The notes: a model not told the origin generated them from the letters alone. A stretch of 64,000 nt of DNA from Eledone cirrhosa (GCA_964016885.1 OZ024740.1:408022001-408086000); one strand, 5' to 3'; positions 13,282 through 26,954 are shown, counted from the stretch's first letter. Numbers and translations: made by a program.

Positions 13282-13443
13282 GTACTAAGATCCTTTTGAA
13301 TTCTTGATTATTTTCAAAACTATTTGGCAGTGTCTTTCATTGGAAATATAATATTGAAAGGGTTAAAATGTTTGTGTTGTTGTTTGTAATATACTAAACT
13401 AGTTACTATATAGTAAAATAAAAAATGAATATAAAACTGTGTT

Positions 13444-13682
13444 TTAACCCTTTTGTTGCCAACTGGCCAAAACAAGCTTTGATTCTATGAAACAAAACTA
13501 CCCATTTTAAAGGTTTCCAATTTAAAGTAAAATTTTCCAACATAATTTTATATAAGAATCTTACATTAAGTTACTATCTTAGTAATGAAATAATTAATAA
13601 TTTTAGTAAATCCCTCAAAATTCTTCATTAATTAATTGAAATAGAGTGTATTTCATTAGAAATACAGACATAAAAAGGTTAA
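13444..13682 (+). mobile_element. piggyBac-type TTAA MITE, family 2
   Basis: TTAA at both ends; empty single-TTAA site seen in the inverted paralog near 10411. Confidence 0.8.
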
Positions 13683-14061
13683 ATGGCTTCTGTGACTTTA
13701 ACAGCAAAACAATTTATTTTTATATTCATTTTACATGCTGGTTATAAATAAGGCGACATAAAGTTTATCTTGAAAGATAATACATGCTGGAATATTGCCA
13801 AGAGGAAGAAAGATTACAGAAATAGTGTATGTTATTTTACGACACAAAAACTTCTTTCATTTCTATCCACTATAACAAACAACATTATTATGGTTTGTTT
13901 AACTGTACAACCTTTTGCCTTTGGTACAGCAGACAAATGTAGATTAGCATCAATGTGTAGGTCTAAGGTGGTGCAGGAAAATGCAACAGCTGAATATGCA
14001 ATGGTATAATTACTTCCTAAATATGATTGCAGTTTATGTAGACTAGTGTATTGAAGAATTT

Positions 14062-14240
14062 AATAATTGTTTCTATTTTAGGCACAAGGCCAGCAATTAT
14101 CCAGTACATTACTGGTACTTTATTTTATCGACCCCGTAAGGATGAAAGGCAAAGTTAACCTCAGCGGGATTTCAACTCAGATCACAAAGGGACGTAACTC
14201 TATGCTTCAAAGCATGGTGTCCGACTCTCTACCGATACTG
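14062..14240 (-). mobile_element. SINE family A
   Basis: TGAAGAATTTAATAAT target duplication on both sides. Confidence 0.85.
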
Positions 14241-14399
14241 TGAAGAATTTAATAATGATGAAATAAACCTTGTCAAATAAAAATTATTTGTTTATTGTGT
14301 TTCATAATAAACACACAGTTATGAATTCTACATATGCTACCCCACCATCTTCCTTGGCATCATCATGTCTACGCCAGTATCTCCCAAGCATCTTCTGTA

Positions 14400-14775
14400 T
14401 CCCCACCATTAACAGCACCACCACCACCACCACCACCATCACCATCACCACCATCATAACCATCCATTAACAGCACCACCACCACCACAACCAACAACAC
14501 CACCATCACCACCATCTATTAACAGCACCACCACCACAACCACCATCACCAGCATCCATTAACAACACCACCACCACCATCACCACCATCTATTAACAGC
14601 ACCACCACCACCATCACCAGCATCCATTAACAGCACCACCACCACCACAACCAACAACACCACCACCACCATCTATTAACAGCACCACCACCACCACAAC
14701 CAACAACACCACCACCACCATCACCACCATCTATTAACAGCACCACCACTACAATCACTACCAACAACAGCAACA
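14400..14775. repeat. CAC-rich minisatellite (unit about CACCATCTATTAACAGCACCACCAC)
   Basis: About 8 variable units anchored on ATTAACAGCACC. Confidence 0.85.
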
Positions 14776-16856
14776 ACTCCAAATCATTATCATCCTCCTT
14801 CTCATTATCATCACAGTCATTACCATTACAATTCCCAATCATCATTATATACTATCAACATCATTAACATAGAATCCTCATTATCATTATAAACCTCAGT
14901 TACCCACTACCCCATCTTTCTCATTAATGTTGTCATTAGTGAGTCTCTCCCTACACTAGATATTATATTTAAAAATATCTCTAAACATATCTTCTCAACA
15001 TTAACTGTAAATTCCTTCATAGTTCTAAAATTAAACTGTTCTTGGTTCTATAATACAACAGTTTATTTAAAGTGTTTGTTTTTATCTAAAATTCTTCCAG
15101 CATAATTTTATGTAAGAACCTTTGTTACATTATGTTCCAAACATCAACTTAATGCGCAAGTTAGTTATATTACTAAATCCTTCCAAATTCTTGATTTTCA
15201 AAATTATTTGTAAATCATATTCGATCATTAACCTTTTTAGAGGATGTAAACACATACTGGGGTGAGTTTAACTCTTAACATCCTGTACTGCATAAAACTA
15301 CATTAGCAAAGTATTCTTGAAAATTACAGCACTATGACTGCAGCTCATAAAAAAACTAAAGTCTCTACTCAAATACTGCAAATTTTCCAAATGATCTGTC
15401 CACTAGTAAAGACATTACAAACATTTGAATTAACAGATTTCATTTTATAATATTTTCTATTAAATCATTACAAGCTGTTAAGAGTTAATTCCCTATACCT
15501 CAGTCCTTTGTACCTATGAATGAAATCACTAATTAATCAGGTGCTGTTTCCATTGTCTCTGATTAACAAGGGAGAAATCAAAGTTTTAAAATTATCTTCT
15601 CCAATAATTCATATGCAGACTTTATAAAAATAAAAAAAAACCAAAGAACAAGCACACGCTAGTTTAGTATTTTAAAAATAAGTAGAACATTTTTTTATAA
15701 ATATTAAAAATTCATCAATATTCTAACAGATCAGTGGTATTTATTGAAACAGAATAACTAATGAAATATTATTCAATAAAAACAAGTATTTCTTTTGACC
15801 AAGCCTGACGCTAATCTTTGTTGAGGAGGGTACAACTTTTATTATTCCAATTTTTATCCTTCTTCAACTACAATGGAATGAACTAGAAAGGTAGGCTGTT
15901 CATGCCATCATCCAGCTAATCTCATTCTATAAATAATAATGAAAAATCTTGAGAAAAGTCTTGAGAAACAAAATGGATGGTCACTACTGAAATGTCATTT
16001 ATCATGGTTTCTTCTATTCTGGTAGACTTCAGGATAACAACAACCTAATCTTGTATATGAGCCAAAAGTGCTTCTGCATGTCACTGACTAAAAACAGCAA
16101 CAAAGTCTTCCTTGAAGCACACCCTATTATTATCTTAAACAAAGAAATATTATATTAGATAGTGTAGTCTTAGACACATCTTCATCATCATTTAACATCT
16201 ATTTTTCATGCTAGTGAGGATTAAAAAAGAAAAGATGATTGTTGTGGCTAGAACAACCTTAAAAGGCTTGTCAACCTTCAGGCATTATGCAGAAATTTCC
16301 AGCATTTGCTTCATCATCATGCATTCACACATTTTTCTGAAAATTTAGCATTTTAGATTTCCAGATTTATGATATTTTATTGTTTTGCTCCATAATGTTC
16401 AACTCCAGTGGTCTTCCAGCTTATTCTGAAGTCTGTAAAAAACGGTTGCTCTTCGTTTAAACAGGACCCTCTTGTTATTGTATAACTAATCCAAAAATAA
16501 TACAAAGGTGAATGGATAGTTTCTGATGCTGTTATATAAGGATGTCATTTAATATGTTAAAATTCATCATCATCATTATATATCTATTTACCCTGCTAAG
16601 GGTTCAACTGAAAAAAAAGATGTCAGCACTCAAGTGAAGCTGCTGACCTTTCAGGTGGGTTGGGCACCTGCATCTTACTTACCAAGTACTCAGGTAGGCT
16701 GGGGTCCCACATCTCAGTTACAAAACATCCCACACTCTACTGAGTGTAGTTTATCATGACATCAGCATTAGGGAGGTTATCATGTGAGCTGTCATCTTGA
16801 CTCTTTGTTTGGTAGGTTTATGTACAGATCTGTTTATAACCTCTGTTATGTTTGTG

Positions 16857-18182
16857 ATGCAGGAAAATATCAAACAACAATATGCAATCAAATTTTGTGT
16901 GAAACTCAATAAATCTACCACCAAAACATAAACCTTTAGCATCTAAACCAGTCATATCCGGCCAGAATTCCCTCACCTCTTTCTGTTCAAACCGGCTGTA
17001 ACCAGAGCTCATACTGATGTTAAGGTATTGTTCTAAAAATAAATAATATCAAAATCTTCTAGATTCAATATTATGTGAGATAATTATGTAAGATAAAGCC
17101 TTTATCATGAAAATATAATAGTACATATAGAGTAATGTGAATGCTAAAGGGTTAATTCAAATATTTAACACAAGCTTCTGGAGATGCCACACTATTGAGA
17201 AGTCAGGTTTTTAAATATCACAAAGCTTTCAAAGAAGGCCGAAAAAATGTAGATGATCCTTGTTCAGGAAGGCCAATCTCATCAACAAATGAACAAAATG
17301 TGGAAGTGGTGTGAGCAGTGATGGTGAAATATCACTGATTAAGTGTTAGAATGATTGCAGAAGAAACAGGCTTGGATAAAAATACAGTTCACAAAATGTT
17401 AACAGACCATTTGCACATGAGAAAAATTTGTGCAAAACTAGTGCCCAAACACTTGTCTGTGGAGCAAACAGTGAACCGGTTGGAAACTTGTCAGGATTTG
17501 CTAGAAACACTCGAAATTGAGTTAAATTTCTTGGATAATGTTATAACAGGGGATGAATTATGGGTGTTTGAGATGATCCAGAGAAAAAACGTCAAAGTCA
17601 GGAGTGACACATGAAAAATTATCCTCATCCGAAGAAAGCACACATAAACAGATTCAGGGTGAAATTGACGAATATCATTTATTTTTTTGACAGCCGTAGT
17701 ATTGTTCACAAAAGTTTTCTACTCCAGGATAGAGAGTTAATCACATCTTCTACAAAGATGTGGAACGATTTTGGAAACATGTTCAGCGAATCCAAAAGGA
17801 CATTACAGGAGATTGGGTACTGCACCATGATAACATGCTTGCCCACACAGCACTTTCAATTAGAGAATTTCTGGAGAGAGAAAACATTCCCACTCTTCCA
17901 CATCCTCCTTACAGCCCAGATCTACCTCCATGGGATTTCTACCTCTTCCTTAAGTTGAAAGTTCATTTTGTGACTGTGGAAAACAGAAAAAATTGTAACC
18001 TAGGAGTGAAGAACACCTACAGAAAATGACTTTTGGTATTGCTACAATCAATGGAAAAAACATTGGAACCACTGTGTGACTTATCAAGCATCATATTTTG
18101 AAGGAGATAACTGGTAATTTCATGTACGTCTAATATACATTTAAATAAACCATCAGTATCCCAACTTTTTTGACAGGCCTCG
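16857..18182 (+). mobile_element. Degenerate mariner transposon with a nested MITE
   Basis: MQENIKQQYAIKFCVKL...ICAKLVPKHL...VITGDE.W...WVLHHDN...HPPYSPDLPPWDFYLF; 3' TIR-like AACTTTTTTGACAGGCCTCG|TA; several frameshifts. Confidence 0.9.
16929..17155 (+). mobile_element. piggyBac-type MITE family 1 inserted in the mariner ORF
   Basis: CCTTTAGCATCTAAACC...GCTAAAGGGTTAA interrupts the transposase N-terminus. Confidence 0.85.
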
Positions 18183-18246
18183 TATATAAACTAAGATACA
18201 TAGATATGTATAAACTAATATACAATTTACCATTTCTCTTTTTTTA

Positions 18247-18626
18247 AATAATTGTTTCTACTTTTGGCACAAGGCTAGCAATAACCCCAGTGCATTACTG
18301 TTGTTTTATTTTATCGACCCCGTAAGGCTGAAAGGCAAAGTTAACCATTGCGGTATTTGAACTCAGACTGTTAAGGGCCGTAACTCGATGCTGCAAAGCA
18401 TATTGTCCGACCCTCTACCAATACTGGCAATCCACCGCCCAGTTTATATTACCATTCCTATTTATCTACATTATTTTTTTAATAATTGTTTCTACTTTTG
18501 GCACAAGGCCAGCAATTACCCAGTGCATTAATTGTACTTTATTTTATCGACCCCATAAGGATGAAAGGCAAAGTTAACCTCGGCGGAATTTGAACTCAGA
18601 ACGTAAAGGGCAGTAACTCTATGCTG
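18247..18626 (-). mobile_element. Two adjacent SINE family A copies (18247-18440 and 18481-18626)
   Basis: Reverse-complement head, core and tail matches. Confidence 0.85.
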
Positions 18627-18699
18627 AAAAATTAATTTTTAAATAATATAGATAGAATAGGAATGAACTTTTTTCCTGTGTTAACAGTTATAAAGATGT

Positions 18700-19290
18700 C
18701 TGTTGCCTTTGTTTTTGTATTCTTCAGATTCACTGCACATGGAGTTACAATTGCAGCCATTTTCTCTACTGATAGATAGCTCAAACAATGCATGCAAAGA
18801 CATTAACTTAGAATTTTTATATGAATACACACATAGTTATTACATTATTACAGAGTTCTTTGACGTGTCTTCTATGAGTGGTTCCTATTGTGACAAAGCA
18901 GAAATATATAAGAAAATTTAAGATGATATGAGTACAAGTGAAATACCATGGGTCAACTGTGTTGGCTTTGAGGTAGAAAATTGCAGCATAAACATGGAAT
19001 GATATAATTTAGTCATGTCTAGAATTTACAGTATAAATGTTTGTTTTTTCATAGGATGCTCTTGTCATTTCATACATAACATTGCTTCCTTTGTTTCAGC
19101 CAAATTTTATCATGACTTCCACTTAAAAATCTTTTTCAATGATTTATTTTTCTTTCTTGATAAGAGTATAAAATGAACAGGACAGTTAAATAAGCTCTGT
19201 AGCTTTTGTGATACAAAATAGAGACATTTTGCTGAATGTGTCAACAAGCTGGTCAAGTCTAGAAATGGCTATTGATAGGATTTTTCTAGT
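18700..19290 (+). pseudogene. Degenerate hAT-like transposase (catalytic region)
   Basis: PFSLLIDSSN, WVNCVGF..N, IGCSCHFIHNIA and VSTSWSSLEMAIDRI resemble the hAT D, CxxH and RW motifs; contains stops. Confidence 0.65.
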
Positions 19291-22017
19291 TTTTGATGTC
19301 ATGCAATGTTTGATGTCATTCTAGTTTTTTTATGTCATGCAAGGTTTTATCCCTTTGAAAACCTCTTTTAAACCCTGCCAGATAAAATAATTTCCCTCAA
19401 TGTTTGGGGTGAACAGAGGGATAACTAGGGAAAATAGCGCCTATAACAAGCAGTGAAATTGTTTTCCTGCTCAGCACTGTATTTTTTACCTATGGGCCTA
19501 ATAATTTATATAAATGGTTTAATGATCCAGCCACCATAGTGTTCTCACCCATGATAATCAGAGACAGATCATACATCTGAAGGAGTTTCTTTTTTCACTC
19601 TTATTTGACTTTAATAGAACATGCTCCTAGATCAAGTGGTGTCCCCTTCATGTGGGGCCCATGGCACGTGCCATGCTTGCCATACCCTACTTTCCTGCTT
19701 TAGTTTCTGAATGTGTAGATGATCCAAATGTAGCATCAAGTATGAATGATTGTGATGTAAAGTATCAAATTGATGTTTTAGGGAATTATTTACAATCTTT
19801 TTCACTGATCGATACCAGTCAGAGTGGCCCACGATGACCGTTTTTAATTTTTACCTTGTAGGCTTATTTAGATTTTTTTTTTGTAACCGTAATACAATTT
19901 TCTGTTAGTTGCCCGATACTAAAGGGATTCACTGACAGGGTTATGTGTTATAATTTCCCAGTTTCATGTTATGGAAAGAAGCTGTGGTGAATATTTGGAA
20001 TCGTGCTTAATAAATATTAATGGCCCTAATAGTTGTTCCAATGTTAAAAAGTGGCCTGCCAATGGAATATGTTGTACACCCTTGACCTATAGCTAAACAA
20101 CAGCAAAAACTAGAAAGAAATTAATGAAACACTCTTTAAGTAAATTTTGTATCACCCACAATTCATTTTTACTGACACACAAATGATGAAAGCCAAAGTT
20201 AACCTCAAAAGGAACCTGACAATTATGTCACTGTTCTAGAAGAAAAACAACAAAACTTTAAAAATAGAAAATAGAAGGCAAAACACGTGGACGATATCAA
20301 TACAAATTATTCAGAAAAACAAAAACATACACAACCACTCAGTTGCACTCTAAAATTGGGAATACTGGTATTGCCCTCTAAACTTTTTGAGGCTCTCTAA
20401 AAATGGGGTGTTGGAACAACCAAGTACCCTAGTGAGCACCACCTAATAACAGACGAGTAACAAAAATGACAAAAACGTGGTCAGGCTCCCGCTCTCACAC
20501 CGAACGCAACAGGTTGAAAAATATAATTCGCTAACAAAGTACGGCATTTCTGTTATTTATTCTGTTCGTATATGGATACAGTAACTCCCAACTTCCCCGC
20601 CACATCATTTAGGGTGTGATGGCATGGAAGTGTCACTGGCTGTAGCGTCTCATATGCAGCATCTACTTTTAAGCCTAAGAGCAAAAGATATGTTCGTCAC
20701 GAGAAATGTAATATGCTGCATCAGAATATATGAAGCGTATAATCGTTTCTGTGAAATCATATTCTAGTTTATAAGCAGAATAACAATGAAATAAAATAAC
20801 AAATTTATGAACAAGTTATCCTAAAGGTTATCTATTATCGAATATTCGATCAGCATCAATTAAAGGAGGGGTGGATCAACCGTGTTATTTACCAGGGGTC
20901 CTGACGTTATATTAAGAAAATCGAATTACATAAAACAATTCTATAAGTGATATGGATTGATGTGTACGTGTGTTTAATAATGAGTTATCTAATACGCGTA
21001 TCAATAAATTTCCTGATATTTAATAATGCCGTATATTTCTTTACGCATGTTATAATGTCTCCGTTTTGACTATCCACGCCAGTGTTTAATATAACTAATT
21101 TTACGTTGTAATAAGAAAAGCATTATCGACAAATAGTTCTGTTCCTTTAGGCTTATATACATTCGAAATCTACTTTCTTAACTATATTTTACTACACTTT
21201 TAGTCTTCCGTAAGAATAATTTGCCAATCAAAATCATATACTTTCGGCTCCTTGGATACCGGAAGCTCTTTCTAATTACATTACTCTAAAGTTTCTGCTG
21301 TTATTTTCTTCACGTTTCTATCAAAATAGGATATACGTGGCTAAAAAGGTAGGGATGCTGCTCATCTTTCAAGCTATCGCTAACTCTTTAAAAATAGTTT
21401 TAGGTTAAAATAAAAGGCTGTTTATTTATACATCTCTATGTAAGGTTCTTGAGACTGCCACCAGCTTTGACGGAGATAACGTGTATTTGGTTTGTGTGTA
21501 CACCCACATATGTGAGTGTATGTATTCATACAGCAGTTGGAATGATGTTTTATTGTTTTCGCTTGGTCTAGTTTTTTGTTTAAGATAATTAAAACTATTA
21601 ACAAAAGGAACACCCCTCCCTCACATAAAATAAAGAAAAAGAGAAAAATACCCATATATTTTAATTTAATTATGAAATGTTATGTTAGGTTAAAGAGGAT
21701 ACTCTATTTATTTCCCCACTCCATCCCATATATGTTTATTATAAAAAAACAATAGCTTTCCCGCCCACTTTCGAAAAACATCCATTCATGATAAGGATTA
21801 TAATAATTGTTTCTACTTTTGGCAAAAGGCTAGCAATCTACCAATACATTACTGGTACTTTATTTTATCGATTATAATAATGTTATAATTTTAACGATAT
21901 AATATTCCTTGCGCTGTCTGAATGGTGTCGGGTTTTAATTGTTGATTGATTTTATGCCTATCTTCCGTAAAGTGATGAAAGGAATGTAAACAATGATATC
22001 GAAATTTTCCGTAAATT

Positions 22018-22050
<33 letters not shown>

Positions 22051-22670
22051 CACACACGCACACAACCATACATACACACATACATCAGAAAAATGTCGAT
22101 TCTATTGTTTACATTCCGTCTACCAGTTCCGAAAGATTGCCATTTTTATTGTTGAGATTGTGTAATTATTATAAGATGTTTTCCCGTGTTAAGTGAAGCT
22201 AGTTTATAAAAAGAGTTTTCAGGTTCGCCGAAAAATAACCACTGACAACACTGGTCTTTACGAAGTACCTTTATGTTGTCTTTTGACTGGTTAGAAATAG
22301 TAGCCAATTCATCCCCCCTATCACACCTTACCGTCTTCTTTAGTAAACAAGGCTATGTTGAATAATGTCCATCATATACGAAAATACGATGTGGCAACAG
22401 TTAGAGGAGTTTTGATCAAACGTCTACTTTATCACTGCTAACCTGCTACTAAACAACAGGTAGTCCTAATTTGTTGTATATGTTGATACGGAAACAATGT
22501 TTTCAGTAAAAAACATTATTTTTAAATAGAAGTCTCATATCTCGATAACAAATCTCATCCACACACACATATACACATATGTATATATCTTATAAATTAT
22601 GGAAACGGTGGGTGATTTAAAAGTGTGGGAATGACAAACGCAGAAAATTACTGTAACAACAGTCAGTCAT

Positions 22671-22855
22671 TTTGGCACCAGGCCAGCAATTATCCCAGTG
22701 CATTACTGGTACTTTATTTTATCGACCCCGTAAGGATGAAAGGCAAAGTCAAATCCCGCCGAGGTTAATTTTGCCTTTCATCCTTACGGGGTCGATAAAA
22801 TAAAGTACCAGTAATGCACTGGGTAATTGCTGGCCTTGTGCTAAAAGTAGAAACA
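22671..22855. mobile_element. Fold-back pair of SINE A 3' halves
   Basis: About 80-bp inverted arms joined at ATCCCGCCGAG. Confidence 0.85.
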
Positions 22856-23212
22856 TTTATAAATAATAGTTTAGAAAATCTGATAAAATACCCTAAGAAA
22901 TGGAAAAAGTGGCCAGCAGCCGTTATATATATATATGTGTATATGAAGGTATGTGTGTGCGCTTGTTATATACGTATTTATTTATTTATATACGTTTATA
23001 TAATTATTTATTTATTTGTATACACGCATACATATTTATATGTGCGGGGTTTTGTATACCTATGGTAAGTTTTTGCGTATGCTCGTTATGTACGTATTTG
23101 TTTGTGTGTATGTATTTATTTGTTTCTATTACTTCTGTATTGTATTTATTTACTTTGTTCTTAACTCTGTAGCGGAGATTCATTCGGTCTCCTAGTTAGA
23201 ATTGTAGTCTAT

Positions 23213-23607
23213 GACTTCTGCTATACCATTTACGTGGTTTTGTCTTTGCGTGCTATTGTTCTCTACGTTCCACATATGACGTATTATCTTCGTTTTTTCG
23301 TTCATTGCCAGAGAACGCCTCTATGCACCACCTAAGAGAACATTAGTCTACGACCTCTTTTATACCATAAACGTGGTTCTGTCTTTGCGCGTAATTGTTT
23401 TTCACCGCTCCTATTAATGACGTATTATTCCTTTTTTCCCGTTCTTTGCCAGCGAATGTTACCACGAACCAAAGTATCGTCTTCCTCCGGTTGCAACGTT
23501 TTTTGAAATATCCAGTTCTGCGTTTACAGATTGACTTTGTTAGTTTCAGAAGATCCCGTTAAGGGCGAAAGCAGCGATTCTTTGCTTAAACTTTAATCTG
23601 TTATTTA

Positions 23608-23612
<5 letters not shown>
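23213..23612 (+). mobile_element. Non-autonomous Helitron internal fragment with two ~140-bp subrepeats
   Basis: CACGAACCAAAGTATCGTCTTCC and GATCCCGTTAAGG...GCTTAAAC are shared with the Helitron at 32606-33366. Confidence 0.6.
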
Positions 23613-23657
<45 letters not shown>

Positions 23658-23751
23658 TAAATAACAGATTAAAGTTTAAGCAAAGAATCGCTGCTTTCGC
23701 CCTTAACGGGATCTTCTGAAACTAACAAAGTCAATCTGTAAACGCAGAACT

Positions 23752-23813
<62 letters not shown>

Positions 23814-24161
23814 AAATATGATAATAATGATGGCTGCGCGTTGCAAATGGTGGTGCATATGAAAAAGTAAGTCCTTCATCAGTGACCCTCCAACCGTCCC
23901 AGGCATTTCATCGCTACATCAACGTTCAAGGCCCCGACGGCAGAGCTCTGCCGTTGGGATCTTGAAAATTTTCCTATTACCCACTGTAGTACCCAAAGTA
24001 TCAAGTACTCTGGTGCGTTATGGTCCACCTGGTTCCTTACCACACTTCCTTCGTTACATCAAAGTTATATATATATATATAACTTTGATAGGTTTTAGTC
24101 AGCATTGGCCTAGGCTGTGTCTAACTTAATAACACCTATATATATATAATATATATATATC

Positions 24162-24430
24162 CTCATCATCCTATCCTCATATCTGAGGGTCATGGACTTA
24201 TGGACCAGCACTCTCTATCTTTTCCTGTCTCTTGCCATTGCCATACATTCCACCAAACTCCCTCCTGTCCATTCCTTAATCTCTGTCCATCTCCTTTACT
24301 GCCGTCCCCTGGCCCTTTTCCCCTGAATTCGTCCATCAAGGATGTGGTTAGTCACATTTTTTGACCTGATGACATGACCAAAATACTGAGGTTTCCTTTT
24401 CCTTACTGTTTCAACAAACCGTGTGTCACC
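24162..24430 (-). mobile_element. RTE-type LINE 3' fragment
   Basis: YFGHVIR...ILDGRIQGKRARGRQ.RRW...ARDR. Confidence 0.7.
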
Positions 24431-24966
24431 AGAGTTTAGTTTAAGGGGACTTTAGAACTGCGCAAAATTTTGAGGTGGGTGCTATTGCACTTTTTGTCCC
24501 AATGTTCTCTGAGTTTGATAAATCTAATGGCTATTTTTAGCATTTTATGAGTGTTTTAAGTCTTTAACCATCATTTACTATGTAAGCTCATAAACTATAT
24601 GACAAAAAAATGTAAACTTAGATTTAGAACTACAAAAGCAGGGGTAAACTGCACGTTAAAATAATCATATATATGCAATCGCTCTAGTGTTGGTGCCATA
24701 AAAAATGCACCCATGACACTCTGTAAAGTGGCTGGCGATCGATCAGAGACAACGTTTGGTAAAGAGGACTCTTTAATCTTATTGAGGATACAACTTCTCT
24801 ACTGTTAGTGCTACGATAAAATGCACCCAGTACACCCTTTAAAGAGGATTGTGTTAGGAAAGCATCCAGCCGTAGAAACCATGTCAAAATTTAGACCGTA
24901 TTGGCATAATGGAACCCCCTCCCCTCTGAAAAAGTGACACTTCATGCAACTGATATGTCTGTAGCT

Positions 24967-25216
24967 GAAGGCGCATATCTTAGTGGTTAGAGCATTGGGC
25001 TTGCAATCGAAAGGTTGTGAGTTCAATTCTCGGACCGGGTGATGTATTGTTTCCTTGAGCAAGAAACTTTATTTCACGTTGCTCCAGTTTACTCAGCTGT
25101 AGAAATGAGATGATAGGACTGGGGTCCCTATCATTAAACATTACCCAAGACACTCCAACGAGATATACCTTGGGGGAGGCCAGCTAAACCTGCATAGGTG
25201 TGAGCTGTCACACACT
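24967..25216 (+). mobile_element. CORE-type tRNA SINE, family B
   Basis: tRNA-like head (TAGTGGTTAGAGC...GAGTTCAATTC), CORE-like middle, tail shared with 6549-6800. Confidence 0.8.
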
Positions 25217-25808
25217 GTAGCTGATTTGACAAGTGCCGATATGTTGGTTGCACCCAGGTCAACTTGAGATATTAAGGCATGAAGAGTGGATGGGATCCTA
25301 GCAATGAAAACATGGAAGAGAGAAACTCATTAGATGTTACTACCTGTTAATGCTGGAATCACGGAAGGTTGGTGATATCCCACTGTACTGAGTGCGAAAA
25401 TCACGGATCTTATCAAATAGTTTATTTGTGCATCCCAAACTTGTTCAGGATATTTTTACATTCTCTTCTCAATGTCATCAGCTAGTTATCCCTGTCCACT
25501 CTGCAAACATACTCTAACTTAAAGAGCTGACCTCGCCATACACCGTCACACTGAATCTACCTCAGAACTACGTTAAGAGTACGCGTGTCTGTGGAGTACC
25601 CAGCCCCTCGCACGCTAAATTTACGAGCAGGTTCTGTTGTTCATACAATTGGAACCCTCGTCGAGTTCGGTCCATGTCATGATTTCAAACTACAGCCTAC
25701 TAGAGCGGTCCTTGATTTGTTCGATCTTATCGACCCAGGTTCCTACTTTTTTAAGTCTGGTATTTTTTAACCCCTATGTTACGAAACAACCGTAAACACG
25801 CACACACG

Positions 25809-25891
<83 letters not shown>

Positions 25892-25894
<3 letters not shown>

Positions 25895-26451
25895 TGCAAT
25901 GAAGAGGCGGATTTTTAGGTCTTTACGAAGGTCCGTCTTCCACACCGATCTCAAGCTGTGGCACGCCGCCCAGGCTTTGCTCTTCCTCTCAACCACATCA
26001 TCTTCCGTATTCCCAATCTTTGCTCCCAAAGATTGTAGTGGAGTCTGTGCTGCTGTACGGGTCTGAGACTTGGACACTGACCAAGAAACTCACTCAGATG
26101 GTGGATGGGTGCTACACGAGAATGCTGAGGATGGCTCTGAACATTAATCAGTATACACTGAGGATGAAAATCTCAGAGCTGTATGGGAGCCTCCCAAAAG
26201 TCAGCTCAAAAGTGACACAGAGGAGACTGAGGTTAGCTGGACATGCTCACCGACATCCAGAGTTGACATTGCACTCAGTGCGCCTGTGGGAGCCCCTACA
26301 TGGACACACTGGAAGAGGAAGACCAAGGTTAACGTATGTTGATGCCCTAAGGACAGACGCTGGTCTGTTGGAGACGCAGGACATGGCAGCGATAATGAGG
26401 GACAGAGACCGCTGGAGAGAACTCGTCCATGGATCTCGCCAATTTTACCCG

Positions 26452-26455
<4 letters not shown>
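25892..26455 (+). mobile_element. RTE-type LINE 3' fragment with an inverted 5' segment, inside (TA)n
   Basis: Minus strand 26030-25892 encodes LGAKIGNTEDDVVERKSKAW...KIRLFIA; plus strand continues VESVLLYGSETW...LAGHAHRH...GRPRLTY. Confidence 0.9.
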
Positions 26456-26497
<42 letters not shown>

Positions 26498-26635
26498 ATG
26501 CTTTGGGAGGGTCATGTTGCCAATAAGAAATACACGTGTATTTCTTATTGGCAACATGACCCTCCCAAAGCATAACAATATCGGTTTCAACACACGTTTT
26601 CAGATAAAGAATCTTGCTAAACAAATTCAGAAACG

Positions 26636-26682
<47 letters not shown>

Positions 26683-26850
26683 AAAGTTCTATTTAAATTG
26701 TTGGGATACAACAAGCAAATATTTTTATAACTGATATAAAGCACTCGACAAGTATTTGGAGTAAATACACTATCCCTGATGTCTTCCAAAAGTAACGGTT
26801 GCATTTTGAAAGGGTATGTCAATATTTATTTATAAAACTGGTATATATTG

Positions 26851-26915
26851 TATTTTGTCTGATGAAAGCATACCGTAATTTAACATGGTATCCTTGAAAT
26901 ATGTATAATAAAATA
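26851..26915 (+). ncRNA. Minimal type I hammerhead ribozyme motif (AUA triplet)
   Basis: TATTTTGT-CTGATGA-AAGCATACCGT/ATGGTATCCTT-GAAA-TATGT-ATA-ATAAAATA; 8-bp stem I, 10 of 11 bp in stem II. Confidence 0.8.
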
Positions 26916-26954
26916 GATATGGTTTTATAAATATAGTTTCCATTTGTTAATATC

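Noticed and set aside
23830-23890. Minus-strand CTGATGA...GCAACGCGCA
   Set aside because: GAAA and NUH are absent and the stems are weak; too degenerate to call
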